A stretch of 61,721 nt of DNA, counting the filler. It is 4 parts of 4 records of this genome, joined end to end, with 100 filler letters (N's around TTAATTAATTAA, not from the genome) between each part and the next. Parts side by side here need not be neighbours in the genome. Positions count along the whole stretch, not along the records: positions 1 to 23,710 come from DRR723986_11965; 3 more parts are not named here. One strand, 5' to 3'. Position numbers and translations under genes: made by a program. Below are positions 1 to 9,463 of the stretch, piece by piece; within the stretch, counting starts at the first letter, position 1, and each line of letters opens with the position of its first letter. The notes under the pieces were generated by a model. The model was given only the letters and a program-made list of their open reading frames with translations. It ran no database searches and had not been told where the DNA came from.

Positions 1-1
1 C

Positions 2-1120
2 CTTGGCGCCAAGGGCTCATGGCCCACTGATCACGGGTTTGACATCAACAAAGGCGGCTGGGACGTTGGTTCACCCAACGGCGGCTACTTCGCACCCTGG
101 AACAACCCAAATCTCGAGTCTGGTCCCGACGGCGAATCACTACCAATTCGTCTTGCAAATGAAACAGCAACTTTCATCGAAGAACATCGCGACGGCCCTT
201 TCCTGGCCTACTTGTCGTTCTACTCTGTCCACGGTCCGATCCAAACGACCCCTGGATTGTGGAACAAGTATCGCGAAAAGGCAGCCGCCGCCGGTTTGGC
301 CGACTCGCGATTCAAGTTTGATCGGCGACTGGGCGTACGTCAGGTCCAGGACTGCCCTATCTATGCTGGCATGATGGAAAGTATGGACGATGCAGTCGGT
401 ATAGTCCTGGCGAAACTCGACGATCTTGGTCTGGCCGACAACACTATCGTCTGCTTCACCAGCGACAATGGTGGAGTGTCATCTGGCGACGCGTTCGCGA
501 CAAGTAACCTTCCCTTTCGAGGCGGTAAGGGCCGTCAGTGGGAAGGTGGCATCCGTGAACCCTTCTACATACGAGTGCCGGGCGTAGCGCCTTCGGTGAA
601 CGACACTCCCGTCAGTGGCATCGACTGGTATCCAACACTTGCTGAACTAGCAGGTGCTTCTGTGCCCGTTGAGCAAGAGGTTGATGGGGTTAGCCTAATG
701 AATTGCCTGCACGGCGATTCGCTCGCGGAGCGCGATTTGTTTTGGCATTATCCGCACTATGGCAATCAAGGTGGCGAGCCATCGTCGATCATCATGCGAG
801 GCAACTGGAAGTTGATTCACTACCACGAAGATGGCCGGGATGAGCTCTATGAATTGTCGGACGATATTGCTGAGCAAAACGACGTGCTGAAGGAGAACTC
901 TGAGTTGGCTGCAGCGATGCGTCAACGATTGGATGATTGGCTGAAGGCAACGGACGCTCGATTTCCCGAGCCTGATCCAAACTTTTCACCAGAGGCTCGC
1001 AAGCAACGTTGGGAAAACCTAGCCACGAAAGGTATTCAACGTTTGGAGAAGCAGCACGCCGGCTTCCTTGCCCCCGGCTACAAGCCCAACAAAGACTGGT
1101 GGGGCAGTACTCCCGACTAA
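2..1120 (+). CDS. Sulfatase (arylsulfatase A-like), 5'-truncated at window edge
   Basis: Frame is open from base 2. Motifs PFLAYLSFYSVH, YAGMMESMDDAVG, FTSDNGG, RGGKG..WEGGIREP, LFWHYPHYGNQGG, ELYEL..DIAE. Confidence 0.92.
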   Translation, partial: LGAKGSWPTDHGFDINKGGWDVGSPNGGYFAPWNNPNLESGPDGESLPIRLANETATFIEEHRDGPFLAYLSFYSVHGPIQTTPGLWNKYREKAAAAGLADSRFKFDRRLGVRQVQDCPIYAGMMESMDDAVGIVLAKLDDLGLADNTIVCFTSDNGGVSSGDAFATSNLPFRGGKGRQWEGGIREPFYIRVPGVAPSVNDTPVSGIDWYPTLAELAGASVPVEQEVDGVSLMNCLHGDSLAERDLFWHYPHYGNQGGEPSSIIMRGNWKLIHYHEDGRDELYELSDDIAEQNDVLKENSELAAAMRQRLDDWLKATDARFPEPDPNFSPEARKQRWENLATKGIQRLEKQHAGFLAPGYKPNKDWWGSTPD

Positions 1121-1132
1121 CCGCCCGACCGC

Positions 1133-1154
1133 GTAGAGTGGGTGAAACCCACCA
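1133..1154 (+). repeat. GTAG-family REP-like palindrome, copy 1
   Basis: GTAGAGTGGGTGAAACCCACCA, 21/22 identical to 1933-1954. Confidence 0.75.
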
Positions 1155-1172
1155 GAACGGCCTGTTTGATTG

Positions 1173-1197
1173 CTAAGCCGAAGTTTTCGCGGCTTAG
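1173..1197. terminator. Hairpin between convergent genes
   Basis: CTAAGCCG-N9-CGGCTTAG perfect 8-bp stem, no clear U tract. Confidence 0.4.
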
Positions 1198-1214
1198 TCG
1201 CCACTCTGAACGCA

Positions 1215-1775
1215 TCAAACTGCGTCAGAACTGTTGGTCTCAATAATGCATTTTGCGACCTGCCACGCCGTGCATGCGCGAAAATGGGGATCATCGGGAA
1301 AGAGATTGCGCATTCTGGTGCAGACTTGCTCCGCATCATCATAATGATCAAGTAAGCCAGATCGATTTACGTCTGAGGGCGAGAAGATATCTGGCACTGG
1401 TCCGCAGTTGGTCAGTGTGCTAATGCCATTGAATTCGTCAACGATATCAAAGCCGACCTGTCGGAAACCAGCAGGAACCGGAGCGGGCGCTTGCAAGGAC
1501 TCGATTATTGCAAGGATTTGACTGTCTCGGCGGTGGATCGGGATTTTCCGCCTCAGATAATCAGCGTCACGAAACCAAGTAATGCGAAAGTCTTGGTGGA
1601 CGTTGTGCTCCCAATCTTCATCTTCGATATCAGAAACCAAATCTGGACATAGCATTGAATCCAGCGTGATCATTTCCTCCACGTGGTGAAAACCTGAAAA
1701 CTCTACATAGCTCTTCCAGCCGCTCGCCAAATCCGGGCTAAATCGCTCGCGGGCCGTATACATCCATTCGTTCAT
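1215..1775 (-). CDS. Hypothetical protein (186 aa)
   Basis: Protein-like from MNEWMYTARERF onward (ITLDSMLCP, GFDIVDEFNGISTLTNCG). The longer ORF start runs through repeat DNA. Confidence 0.7.
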   Translation of the reverse strand: MNEWMYTARERFSPDLASGWKSYVEFSGFHHVEEMITLDSMLCPDLVSDIEDEDWEHNVHQDFRITWFRDADYLRRKIPIHRRDSQILAIIESLQAPAPVPAGFRQVGFDIVDEFNGISTLTNCGPVPDIFSPSDVNRSGLLDHYDDAEQVCTRMRNLFPDDPHFRACTAWQVAKCIIETNSSDAV

Positions 1776-1932
1776 CTGAAGTCTTCGGTCGCAAAAGCTA
1801 GAATTGGTACTCGGCAGAATTTGTACTTGGTGTGTTTCACCCAACCTACTAATGGTCTGCCAGCATATTCGAGAGGCCGCTCCAGCACAGACTACAACAG
1901 TTTCACACACTGATTTCGCGCAGGACTCACTC

Positions 1933-2159
1933 GTAGGGTGGGTGAAACCCACCAAGAATGGCTTGGCGATCGAAACGCCATAAACCTGGCAAGCCGTGCG
2001 ATGTTGGACGTCTGCTTTGGTAGCAAAGCCACGCGATATGCTTAAGTTATTCAGCAACAGCGCAGAGACGCACGGTTAGATTTCGCGCAGGCTGGTTGGG
2101 AACCACGAATGCTATCAACCGGAGCATATTGTGTTCTTGGTGGGTTGCACCCACCCGAC
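1933..2159. repeat. REPIN/MITE-like element: inverted pair of GTAG-type REPs
   Basis: GTAGGGTGGGTGAAACCCACCAAGAA (1933-1958) and the reverse complement of 2134-2159, GTCGGGTGGGTGCAACCCACCAAGAA, are 24/26 identical. Confidence 0.75.
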
Positions 2160-2273
2160 ATATACCGACCGCGAGTTTCTTGTGGTGGTGTTCATCGACC
2201 TTAGACTTTTCCGTCAGTTCTGCTAGTTGCAGTTCGTTGACGAAGGAGGCTCGGGCGGAGCCCTGGCGAGCGG

Positions 2274-2720
2274 CTATGCTGCTTGGCGAGTGATCTTTTC
2301 GTCTTCGCCAAATGAGATGGGCAATGCGAGTGGTAGAGAGTCGGTTGTGATCACCTGGCAAGCCAAACGCTTCGTCAAGTTGACGACGATCGGGCTACGC
2401 AGGTTGGCGGTCAGGGTGCGGCCGGACTTGCTGACGACGTTCAAGATGTAGATTCGATCCGTGCTCTGAACCTTCAGTGTCGACAACTGACGGTTGGGTA
2501 CATTGACCTTGTAGTCAGGAGCGAACTTTCGAGGGCTAATCAACGGCAACGCTACCTGGGAATCGGAAACCGACTGCAACCAAGCGACATCATTGTTCTC
2601 CGGGTCCGGTAGAATGATCCATTGACGAGAAGTCTCAAAACCAATCAGACCATTTGGAAAAATGATGATCTCTTCGGGCTTGGCTTCGACCTTCCCAAAT
2701 CGGCTTGTTTGTACAATCAT
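2274..2720 (-). CDS. fliW: Flagellar assembly factor FliW
   Basis: TSRFG, IIIFPNGLIGFE, WLQS, TANLRSPIVVN, Q(V)I signature. Confidence 0.9.
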   Translation of the reverse strand: MIVQTSRFGKVEAKPEEIIIFPNGLIGFETSRQWIILPDPENNDVAWLQSVSDSQVALPLISPRKFAPDYKVNVPNRQLSTLKVQSTDRIYILNVVSKSGRTLTANLRSPIVVNLTKRLACQVITTDSLPLALPISFGEDEKITRQAA

Positions 2721-2860
2721 GGCCAACCCTTTGGTTATTCCGTTTGAATCCATTAGAGGTATCGGCATGATCCGCAGTGCTGCACCACAAACTTTGACGA
2801 ATTCCCGAAAATTCCTTTAGAAATTAACACTCGCGAGTAGCCGCATTTCGTGATCCGAAA

Positions 2861-3331
2861 ATGACGAAGGCAAACCCCTATTCCGTTTCGAATCAGGTCG
2901 TAGAACAGTCCGACCAGGACGGTGAGCGGTCGTCAACCTTCTTGCCCGCATCAATGGCACGAAGGACTCGCAGGATAGTTTTATGCTTCGCGTTGTTCAA
3001 TATCGCGTGGCCTTTGCTTGCATCGCTGCTGACGGACGGCTTTAGTCTGGATGTGGTTTCGGTTGGCTTAGCGGGAGTCGCGACAACGATTGGTCGGACA
3101 TCTTTCCGACGTTTTCCGTGGTCCGTCTTCTTATGCCTCCTTTATCCGGCCATCTTCCTCATAAGTCTTTTGTCCGCATCGTACTGGGAGTTGGCCGCTT
3201 GGCTGCCAGGGAAAAACTCGCCAGTGCTTGGGATGCAACTTGCTTCCGCGTTATTCGGGTTGTTTGCAGCAGGATGCATCTGGAGCTGTTGTCGCTACCA
3301 CCATACCTACGGAACCGCAGTAGATCATTGA
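2861..3331 (+). CDS. Hypothetical membrane protein (NPY N-terminus, about 4 TM)
   Basis: ANPYS motif typical of planctomycete membrane proteins, followed by hydrophobic segments. Confidence 0.65.
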   Translation: MTKANPYSVSNQVVEQSDQDGERSSTFLPASMARRTRRIVLCFALFNIAWPLLASLLTDGFSLDVVSVGLAGVATTIGRTSFRRFPWSVFLCLLYPAIFLISLLSASYWELAAWLPGKNSPVLGMQLASALFGLFAAGCIWSCCRYHHTYGTAVDH

Positions 3332-3622
3332 CCAGAAGCCTGTGCATCTCTTCCGTAGGTAGTGGTCGGGCGTTAGCCTGCGCAGACGCCTTAGGGGTTG
3401 TGCGCTGAGATTCGAATTGGCACGGTGGAACGACTGCACATGATGAGCCCCTCCCGCCAAGCAAGACTCGCGACCTCCGCCCGCAGAGCCGGGGGACGTG
3501 ACAGGAAATCCTGTGATCCGCTGAGTACGAGAACTTATCTACTCTCATCAAGGTTCACGTCTGTTAGCGACGATGTGCGGCTTTTCCGCGGGAATCACGA
3601 ACAGAACGACAGCAGTGGTTTG

Positions 3623-4585
3623 TTAGGCCAGCAAGCACAGGATGGCGACGCCGGATAGGCCAATGGCGGCCGCGAAACATTGCCGCATGCTGGGGCGCTG
3701 CCCTAGAATCCACGATATCGGAAGCACGATCAGTACGCTGGTAGCGATCAAAGTTTGTGAGATCCCGGCGGACGTGAACTTCAGCGAAGCTTGCTGGCAA
3801 ACGATGCCAAGAATCGTTCCTAGGATGGTTGCACATCCGACATAAATGACCACTCTGCGTCTAAACATGGCGGCGAAGTTGTTTGTTCGCCTACGCAGGA
3901 CGAAAGGCAAAGCGGCTACGAGAATCACCTGGCCGCCCAGCATTCGAATCAAACTGCTCTCGACTGGGCCCATTTCGCTGCCGCTGAGAATCCAGCGAGA
4001 AATGACAGCGCCGAAACTCTGGCAGGCGGCTGCAACCAGAGCGAGCAGTATGGCTGTGATCGTAGCCCTCTGAATACTCCGCGGGTTGACCTTATCATCC
4101 GGCGAGTCTTTTTCTTGCGGCGGTGGTACAGTTGGGAATTCTATATTGCCGTCCTGCGTTCTAGCTTTACCTCCGGTAATGCCGAGTGTTACGCCCGCCA
4201 TTGTGAGTGCGATTCCCAAGAAGCCGAACGCCGAGAGCTCTTCCTGCATCCATGCGAATGCGAGCAGCACCGTTAGAGGTGGAGCTGCCGTTTCGGCGAT
4301 GAGGACCGATCGCTGTTCACCCATGCGGTTTAGGGCGGCGAAGAACGCAGTGTCGCCAATGCCGATTCCAACAACGCCAGATAACAGTAGCCAAAACCAC
4401 TGCTGGGGCGAAAGGTTGCTGTAAGGTAGGCCAGCAAGTGCCGACCACGCAGCCAAGGCACCGATTGCGATCGTTCCCTTGGAAGCGTTGAGCAGGATTG
4501 GCGAAATGCTCGCCCCGGCAGCTCGAAACAGGAATGCTGAGATGGCCCAAAGCATTGCGGCCGTAAGTGCGAATGCTTCACCCAC
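3623..4585 (-). CDS. EamA/DMT family transporter
   Basis: Two 5-TM repeats; LLLSGVVGIGIGDTAFFAAL. Confidence 0.88.
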   Translation of the reverse strand: MGEAFALTAAMLWAISAFLFRAAGASISPILLNASKGTIAIGALAAWSALAGLPYSNLSPQQWFWLLLSGVVGIGIGDTAFFAALNRMGEQRSVLIAETAAPPLTVLLAFAWMQEELSAFGFLGIALTMAGVTLGITGGKARTQDGNIEFPTVPPPQEKDSPDDKVNPRSIQRATITAILLALVAAACQSFGAVISRWILSGSEMGPVESSLIRMLGGQVILVAALPFVLRRRTNNFAAMFRRRVVIYVGCATILGTILGIVCQQASLKFTSAGISQTLIATSVLIVLPISWILGQRPSMRQCFAAAIGLSGVAILCLLA

Positions 4586-4685
4586 GATCTTGGATGCCTT
4601 GTTCCGGCTGATTGACTGTTAAGGACTAGCGATGCCAACTGGTATCTAAAGAATACGTCTGCGCGTTGCGAGACAGCACGCAAAG

Positions 4686-5405
4686 CTACCTGCGCCGGCG
4701 AGTAACGCGATCTGGTTTGCCGATGCTGCCATCCAGTGGGCTCGAGAATTCACCGGTCGACAACTCTTCAACGGTTCGACCGAGTACGATGTCGAACGAA
4801 GCGGTTAACTCGCCGATCTTTGAATCTGGCAAAGGGTTAAAGTCGACCAAGATGGTGTCCCGCGCCTTTTGTTCTCGGACCGCTTTGAATAGGCCGTCCT
4901 TTTCGTTCCCCTTGTGCCCGTTGATCAACATCTGTGTTGTAAAGATGCGTTTTCCACTTTTACTGACACCAAAGTGAATGTGTGGCGTTCGCCCTGGATA
5001 GGCTACCGGTTTGATGGTGCGGAAGGAATAACGTCCCTTTGCGTCGGTGACGAAGCGTCCGTAGCCTTGGAAGTTGCTATCGCGATCATCACGGTTGCTG
5101 GAATCCTTGTGCAAGTAAGCGCCGTTGTTATCGCACTGCCAGATCTCAACAAAGGCTCCTCGAACGGGCTCACCTGCGGGCGATAGCACTCGGCCGCTCA
5201 GGTAAGTGACTTCGCCGAGTGCTGGTGTGACACGATCGTTGATCAATAACAAATCGTTGTCGCAGTCGATCGGCAACTTGTCAGGGTAAAACGGACCTTC
5301 ACCAACGGTCGCGGTTCGCATCAACTCGTCAGCCCATGCTTCACCGGACAACCAGGTTGCCGAGGCGGCCGCTGCCGTAACCGCTAACATTTTTCGTCGC
5401 TTCAT
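4686..5405 (-). CDS. Intradiol ring-cleavage dioxygenase family protein with Tat signal
   Basis: MKRRKML..AWA signal; EGPFYP, VEIWQCD..GAY, GRFVTD..GRYSFRTIKP, YPGRTPHIH iron ligands. Confidence 0.88.
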   Translation of the reverse strand: MKRRKMLAVTAAAASATWLSGEAWADELMRTATVGEGPFYPDKLPIDCDNDLLLINDRVTPALGEVTYLSGRVLSPAGEPVRGAFVEIWQCDNNGAYLHKDSSNRDDRDSNFQGYGRFVTDAKGRYSFRTIKPVAYPGRTPHIHFGVSKSGKRIFTTQMLINGHKGNEKDGLFKAVREQKARDTILVDFNPLPDSKIGELTASFDIVLGRTVEELSTGEFSSPLDGSIGKPDRVTRRRR

Positions 5406-5763
5406 CTCAAAAGCTCCCAAAGAGTGGTGAATGTCGTCGCTGAAGGAAAGTTCAGTGGTGCTGGCCAGTCTAGTCGTGGGCGGGGCTAGTCGTGGGCCGG
5501 TGTAGTCGCGGGCAGTGTTGCGCCGTTCAGTGTGGCCCAGGTTATAGCCTGGCAACTAAGCGGTTCAACCTTGCTGCTTGCTGTGCAGTAAAGTCTAGTC
5601 GTAATGCAAAGTGTAGTTTTACTGTGTAGTCTTACTGCGGTCCGAATTCTTGCCAACGACTGCATAATATACCGTCAACACTGCTGCCCTGGTAAAGTAT
5701 CGGCGGCAATTGACTTCTGGGCGATAATCGCGTCCAACTTCTCTCGTTTTATCTGCAAGATCA

Positions 5764-6273
5764 ATGCAACGCTTCGCCATTCATCCAGTGACTTTGCCCG
5801 CTGAGGAGCTGTTGCGGCAGTGTGAAATTACCACTGGTCGTCGCGGTGGGCCAGGAGGGCAGCATCGCAATAAGGTCGAGACGGCAGTGATTTTCAAGCA
5901 TATTCCGAGTGGCGTTACGGCGGAAGCGAATGAACGCCGGAGTCAAGCGGATAATCGTCGCGTTGCGTTGGAACGCCTCCGATTGCGGCTCGCGATTGAA
6001 GCACGCGGTGAGTCGGAGGATGCTCCTTCGTCGTTGTGGCAGAGTCGGCAAAGCGGCAGTCTTCTCAAAGTCTCAGAGCAGCACGCGGATTTTGCGCCTC
6101 TACTGAGTGAACTACTGGATCAACTTCATGAGTTTGAATTTGAGCTAGCGAAGGCTTCTGAACACTTCTCGGTTAGCGGAGCCCAATTGCTGAAATTCCT
6201 CCGCAAGCATCCTCCCGCCTTGAAGTCGGCCAACGACTCACGCCACGCCCTCGGGCTACACCCATGGCGGTAA
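5764..6273 (+). CDS. Stand-alone RF-1 (GGQ) peptide-release-factor-like protein
   Basis: GGPGGQHRNKVETAV..KHIPSG, ERRSQ..NR..AL.RLR. Confidence 0.85.
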   Translation: MQRFAIHPVTLPAEELLRQCEITTGRRGGPGGQHRNKVETAVIFKHIPSGVTAEANERRSQADNRRVALERLRLRLAIEARGESEDAPSSLWQSRQSGSLLKVSEQHADFAPLLSELLDQLHEFEFELAKASEHFSVSGAQLLKFLRKHPPALKSANDSRHALGLHPWR

Positions 6274-6283
6274 CCGTCAGCGA

Positions 6284-6352
6284 GTAGCACAGGCTGCCAG
6301 CCTTTGATAAAAACGAATCCAGACCGACCCCAACGACTGGAAGCCTAGGCCA
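6284..6352. repeat. Degenerate inverted pair of a second GTAG-type REP family
   Basis: GTAGCACAGGCTGCCAGCCTTTG (6284-6306) versus inverted CAACGACTGGAAGCCTAGGCCA (6331-6352); related copy at 18129. Confidence 0.5.
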
Positions 6353-6442
6353 AAACGGCGACTAGAATATCGCGACTAAACGCGTGCGGAAGTGCTCTCG
6401 TAGGCGATGTTGGCTACAATGCCGCCGCGAGGAGACACAATA

Positions 6443-6469
6443 GTCGCCTTTCGCTCCGCGTAAGTAGCG
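6443..6469 (+). repeat. Probable planctomycete intergenic palindromic repeat
   Basis: GTCGCCTTTCGCTCCGCGTAAGTAGCG resembles a repeat I recall from Rhodopirellula-type genomes; single copy here, unverified. Confidence 0.4.
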
Positions 6470-6493
6470 GACGCTGACGTGCGCTAAGAACTG

Positions 6494-7084
6494 CTAGCTT
6501 CGACGAACGGATGTGCTCGCCGATTCCAAGAACGAGTTTACTTGTCTAGGGTGACGCAGATGGACAAACCAAATGTGGCGATACTCAGGCAATTGCATTT
6601 GCTTCAGGTAACGGCGGCGATTTCTCGAATAGCTGGTGATTGACCAGAGAATTACCGAACTCGGCGAAAAGAAGGACTTGTGAAACGTTTCGCGATTGTT
6701 CGTTCCAGGCCAGATCTCGGTTTTATTGTAGGCTCGTTTGATGCACCGGTGTGTGACTCTGTAAAGCGTTCTTGTAAACGACATGTCCAGCCAAACAACC
6801 ATCTGCACTTTCTGCCACTTGATGGGTGTGGTTCGAGAATAGTTGCCGTCGAGTACCCATTTCGGGCGTTCTGTTATTTCCTTCACTTTTTCAAAGTACT
6901 CGTCATCGGGCGGTTCGTACCAGTTCGGGCCCCAGTAGACTCCGTCCATCTCAACATAAGGCAGATTCAGGTTGTTGGCTAACTGACGCCCGAACGTTGA
7001 CTTGCCACTTCCTGATGTGCCAATCACGTTGACGCGCTCAATCTCGCCAAGTCGTTCAGGTGGGATTGAATCGTTGTCTTTCAC
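6494..7084 (-). CDS. P-loop adenylate-kinase-like / FlaR (topology modulation) family protein
   Basis: VNVIGTSGSGKST, WVLDGNYS. Confidence 0.82.
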   Translation of the reverse strand: MKDNDSIPPERLGEIERVNVIGTSGSGKSTFGRQLANNLNLPYVEMDGVYWGPNWYEPPDDEYFEKVKEITERPKWVLDGNYSRTTPIKWQKVQMVVWLDMSFTRTLYRVTHRCIKRAYNKTEIWPGTNNRETFHKSFFSPSSVILWSITSYSRNRRRYLKQMQLPEYRHIWFVHLRHPRQVNSFLESASTSVRRS

Positions 7085-7150
7085 TGCTGCCTGTCACAAT
7101 TTGCTGCTGATACTGTCCACTCGTTTCGAACGATTTGACAAAACGATAGC

Positions 7151-9463
7151 CTAAGGTGAATCGGGCTGCGGTGGAGCGACAGACGTCGAGTGTCGACTTT
7201 TTACCAGCAAGAACAATGCTAGGCCTGCGGCGAGTGAAAGGCCGCCGCCAATGAGCCACATCACTGGCAGATGCTCCTGGTCAACGGCGAGAATCCCGAA
7301 CTGCTGGATCCACTCGAGATTGTGGGAGACCGAAAGTAGGAAGCCATTGTGAAGCGCATGAATCACGATGCCAGGGATCAACGAACGAGTACGAACCGCA
7401 ACGAACCCAAGCACAATCCCCATAAAGGCACTTGGTAGGAAACGCTCGACGGCCAAAACATTGGACGTCAAAACGTGCATCAGCCCAAAGAGAATTGCCG
7501 AGATAACAACAGCACTCCAGGGCTTCAGCCGATGCAACGAGCTGAGTACGAAGCCTCTGAAAAGAAATTCTTCACAGACTGCAGGAGTGATCGCAAAGAC
7601 TGCTAGCACGACCCACAGCGGAATCTCCTGAAGACGTTCTCGGAATTCAGACACAGCCTCCAACTGTTCTTCGCCAATTGAACCGATCCCGATAGCTTGG
7701 GCGGCCAACAAAATCTCGTGCGCGAACATCCAGGCGGAAAAACCAACCAACGGAATAGCGAGCAGCAGGATGGGCATGCTCCTAAGTGGTGGCAATCGCA
7801 GAAGGAAGGTTTCTTGCAAATTTATTCGGCGGTTGGAAGCAAACACAAAAGGAAGCACCAGGATGAGGGCTACTGATACGACTGCGGACGCCCATAGTTT
7901 GGTTTGCGTATCGTTGCTAACCGAGGGGAGGAGACTGGATGCGACAAAGTAGGCCGGAAACATGCCCGCCATTAACAGCGCCATGTGGTCGATTCTTGGG
8001 CGAAGCAACTTGTTTGCCGGCCGGGCAATTGCGTCACGCCAGCTCCCTTGACTGCCGCTCAGTGATGCGTCTGTGCCGAAGAGTTTACTTGCCACTGCAA
8101 GGGCCGCTGCTGCATAGAAACAATTGCAGACGACGGCGACCGAGGCCGCGTTCCAGTCAACACTTCCAATCAATACCTGCCGAGCGAGGAGGACAATATT
8201 GACAAGTGGAACGGTGGCCAGGATGCCAGAAAACTCGATGCCCGGCAACAAACTCATGACCCCCGGAGCCAATGCGAGCAGCATCAATGGAATCAGGTAA
8301 GCTTGAGCTTCTTTGAAACTGCGAGCGAAACTGGTAACGACGAGCAGTAACGCAGCGAAGAACATAGTGAACAGTACCAACAAGGCCAGAACGACCGCGA
8401 TCATCGAAACGGTCAATGAGCCCTCGCCGAAGACCATCGATCCTAGCCCGCTGACCCAAAGGGTGATGGACATGGCGGTCAGATTGGCGATCGCAGTCAG
8501 CAGCGCGACCGTGACGACAGCCGAATACTTGGCGAATAGAATCAGCCCCCCTGAGGTCGGTGAAACGATCATCGCCTCCATCGTGCCACGTTCACGCTCG
8601 CCCGCGGTCAGGTCAATTGCTGGATAGACAGCCCCTGCCATCGTCATCAGCACGAGCACGAGTGGGACCATTGTAGAGAGTAAGTCGGAGAAGTTACCTC
8701 GAGTCCGCACTGGGCTGGCTCGTAATCGAAACGGTGCGTCAAACTGCCCGCCGGCAAGTCCACGAGCAGCTTCGTTGTTCACCGCTGCAAGCATGCGTTC
8801 GACTAGTTGAAGAGCTCGTTCGCTCTGTTGATCACCTCGACGGTACTTCAGTTCGTAAGTGCCCAGCATTGATAGTACGGCATCGCGGTCGACTTCGTTT
8901 CCAGACGCCTCCGCCATGGTTTCAAACAAAGTCATGACGGATTGCCCCGCGCTGGGCCGTAGAAGCGGAGCTCGACCTGAAATGACTACGTCAACACTTC
9001 CGCTGGCAAGGGCATTGATACCGTCGTCAGCCAAGACGATCAGCCGCGGCGGTTCTTGTTCGGATGGCTCCGCGGAGGGCAAACGAGAATCCTCTTTGGA
9101 ATCCTTCGTATCTTCCTGCGTAGGTTCATCGGTTGGCGGCGTATAAGTTATGGGCTCAGGTGTTTGCTTTAGCACATACGAGGGTGCCAGCTCTGGATCC
9201 TCCGACAGACTCAGCCCAAAGCCCAGTATGCTGCCGATGGAGCTGTCCTTGAGGTCCGAGGCGATTCCAATGCTGAAACCCGAGCGATCCTTCAAGACGG
9301 CTCCACTGAGTAGGACACGGTTGAGAACAAGGCTCAGCAGCGGATAAACAAGTAGTGGCATCAGAACGAGTGTGACGATCGTCCGACGGTCACGCAGCGA
9401 CTCACGCAACTCCTTCAAACACAACCGGGCTATTCGCGAGAGGTCTAGTTTAAACTTGCTCAT
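7151..9463 (-). CDS. NatB-like ABC-2 permease fused to CPBP/Abi intramembrane protease
   Basis: KELRESLRDRRT, AIDLTAGERERGTME, ARSFKEAQAYL; C-terminal CEEFLFRG, LFGLMH, HALHN. Confidence 0.88.
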   Translation of the reverse strand: MSKFKLDLSRIARLCLKELRESLRDRRTIVTLVLMPLLVYPLLSLVLNRVLLSGAVLKDRSGFSIGIASDLKDSSIGSILGFGLSLSEDPELAPSYVLKQTPEPITYTPPTDEPTQEDTKDSKEDSRLPSAEPSEQEPPRLIVLADDGINALASGSVDVVISGRAPLLRPSAGQSVMTLFETMAEASGNEVDRDAVLSMLGTYELKYRRGDQQSERALQLVERMLAAVNNEAARGLAGGQFDAPFRLRASPVRTRGNFSDLLSTMVPLVLVLMTMAGAVYPAIDLTAGERERGTMEAMIVSPTSGGLILFAKYSAVVTVALLTAIANLTAMSITLWVSGLGSMVFGEGSLTVSMIAVVLALLVLFTMFFAALLLVVTSFARSFKEAQAYLIPLMLLALAPGVMSLLPGIEFSGILATVPLVNIVLLARQVLIGSVDWNAASVAVVCNCFYAAAALAVASKLFGTDASLSGSQGSWRDAIARPANKLLRPRIDHMALLMAGMFPAYFVASSLLPSVSNDTQTKLWASAVVSVALILVLPFVFASNRRINLQETFLLRLPPLRSMPILLLAIPLVGFSAWMFAHEILLAAQAIGIGSIGEEQLEAVSEFRERLQEIPLWVVLAVFAITPAVCEEFLFRGFVLSSLHRLKPWSAVVISAILFGLMHVLTSNVLAVERFLPSAFMGIVLGFVAVRTRSLIPGIVIHALHNGFLLSVSHNLEWIQQFGILAVDQEHLPVMWLIGGGLSLAAGLALFLLVKSRHSTSVAPPQPDSP

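Noticed and set aside
1776..2057. N-terminal extension of the 280-aa ORF
   Set aside because: It reads through the REP element (LVGFTHPT is translated repeat). The real start is more likely 1775.
1133..2159. CRISPR array from the repeated palindromes
   Set aside because: Only three copies, irregular spacing, one inverted, and no cas genes.
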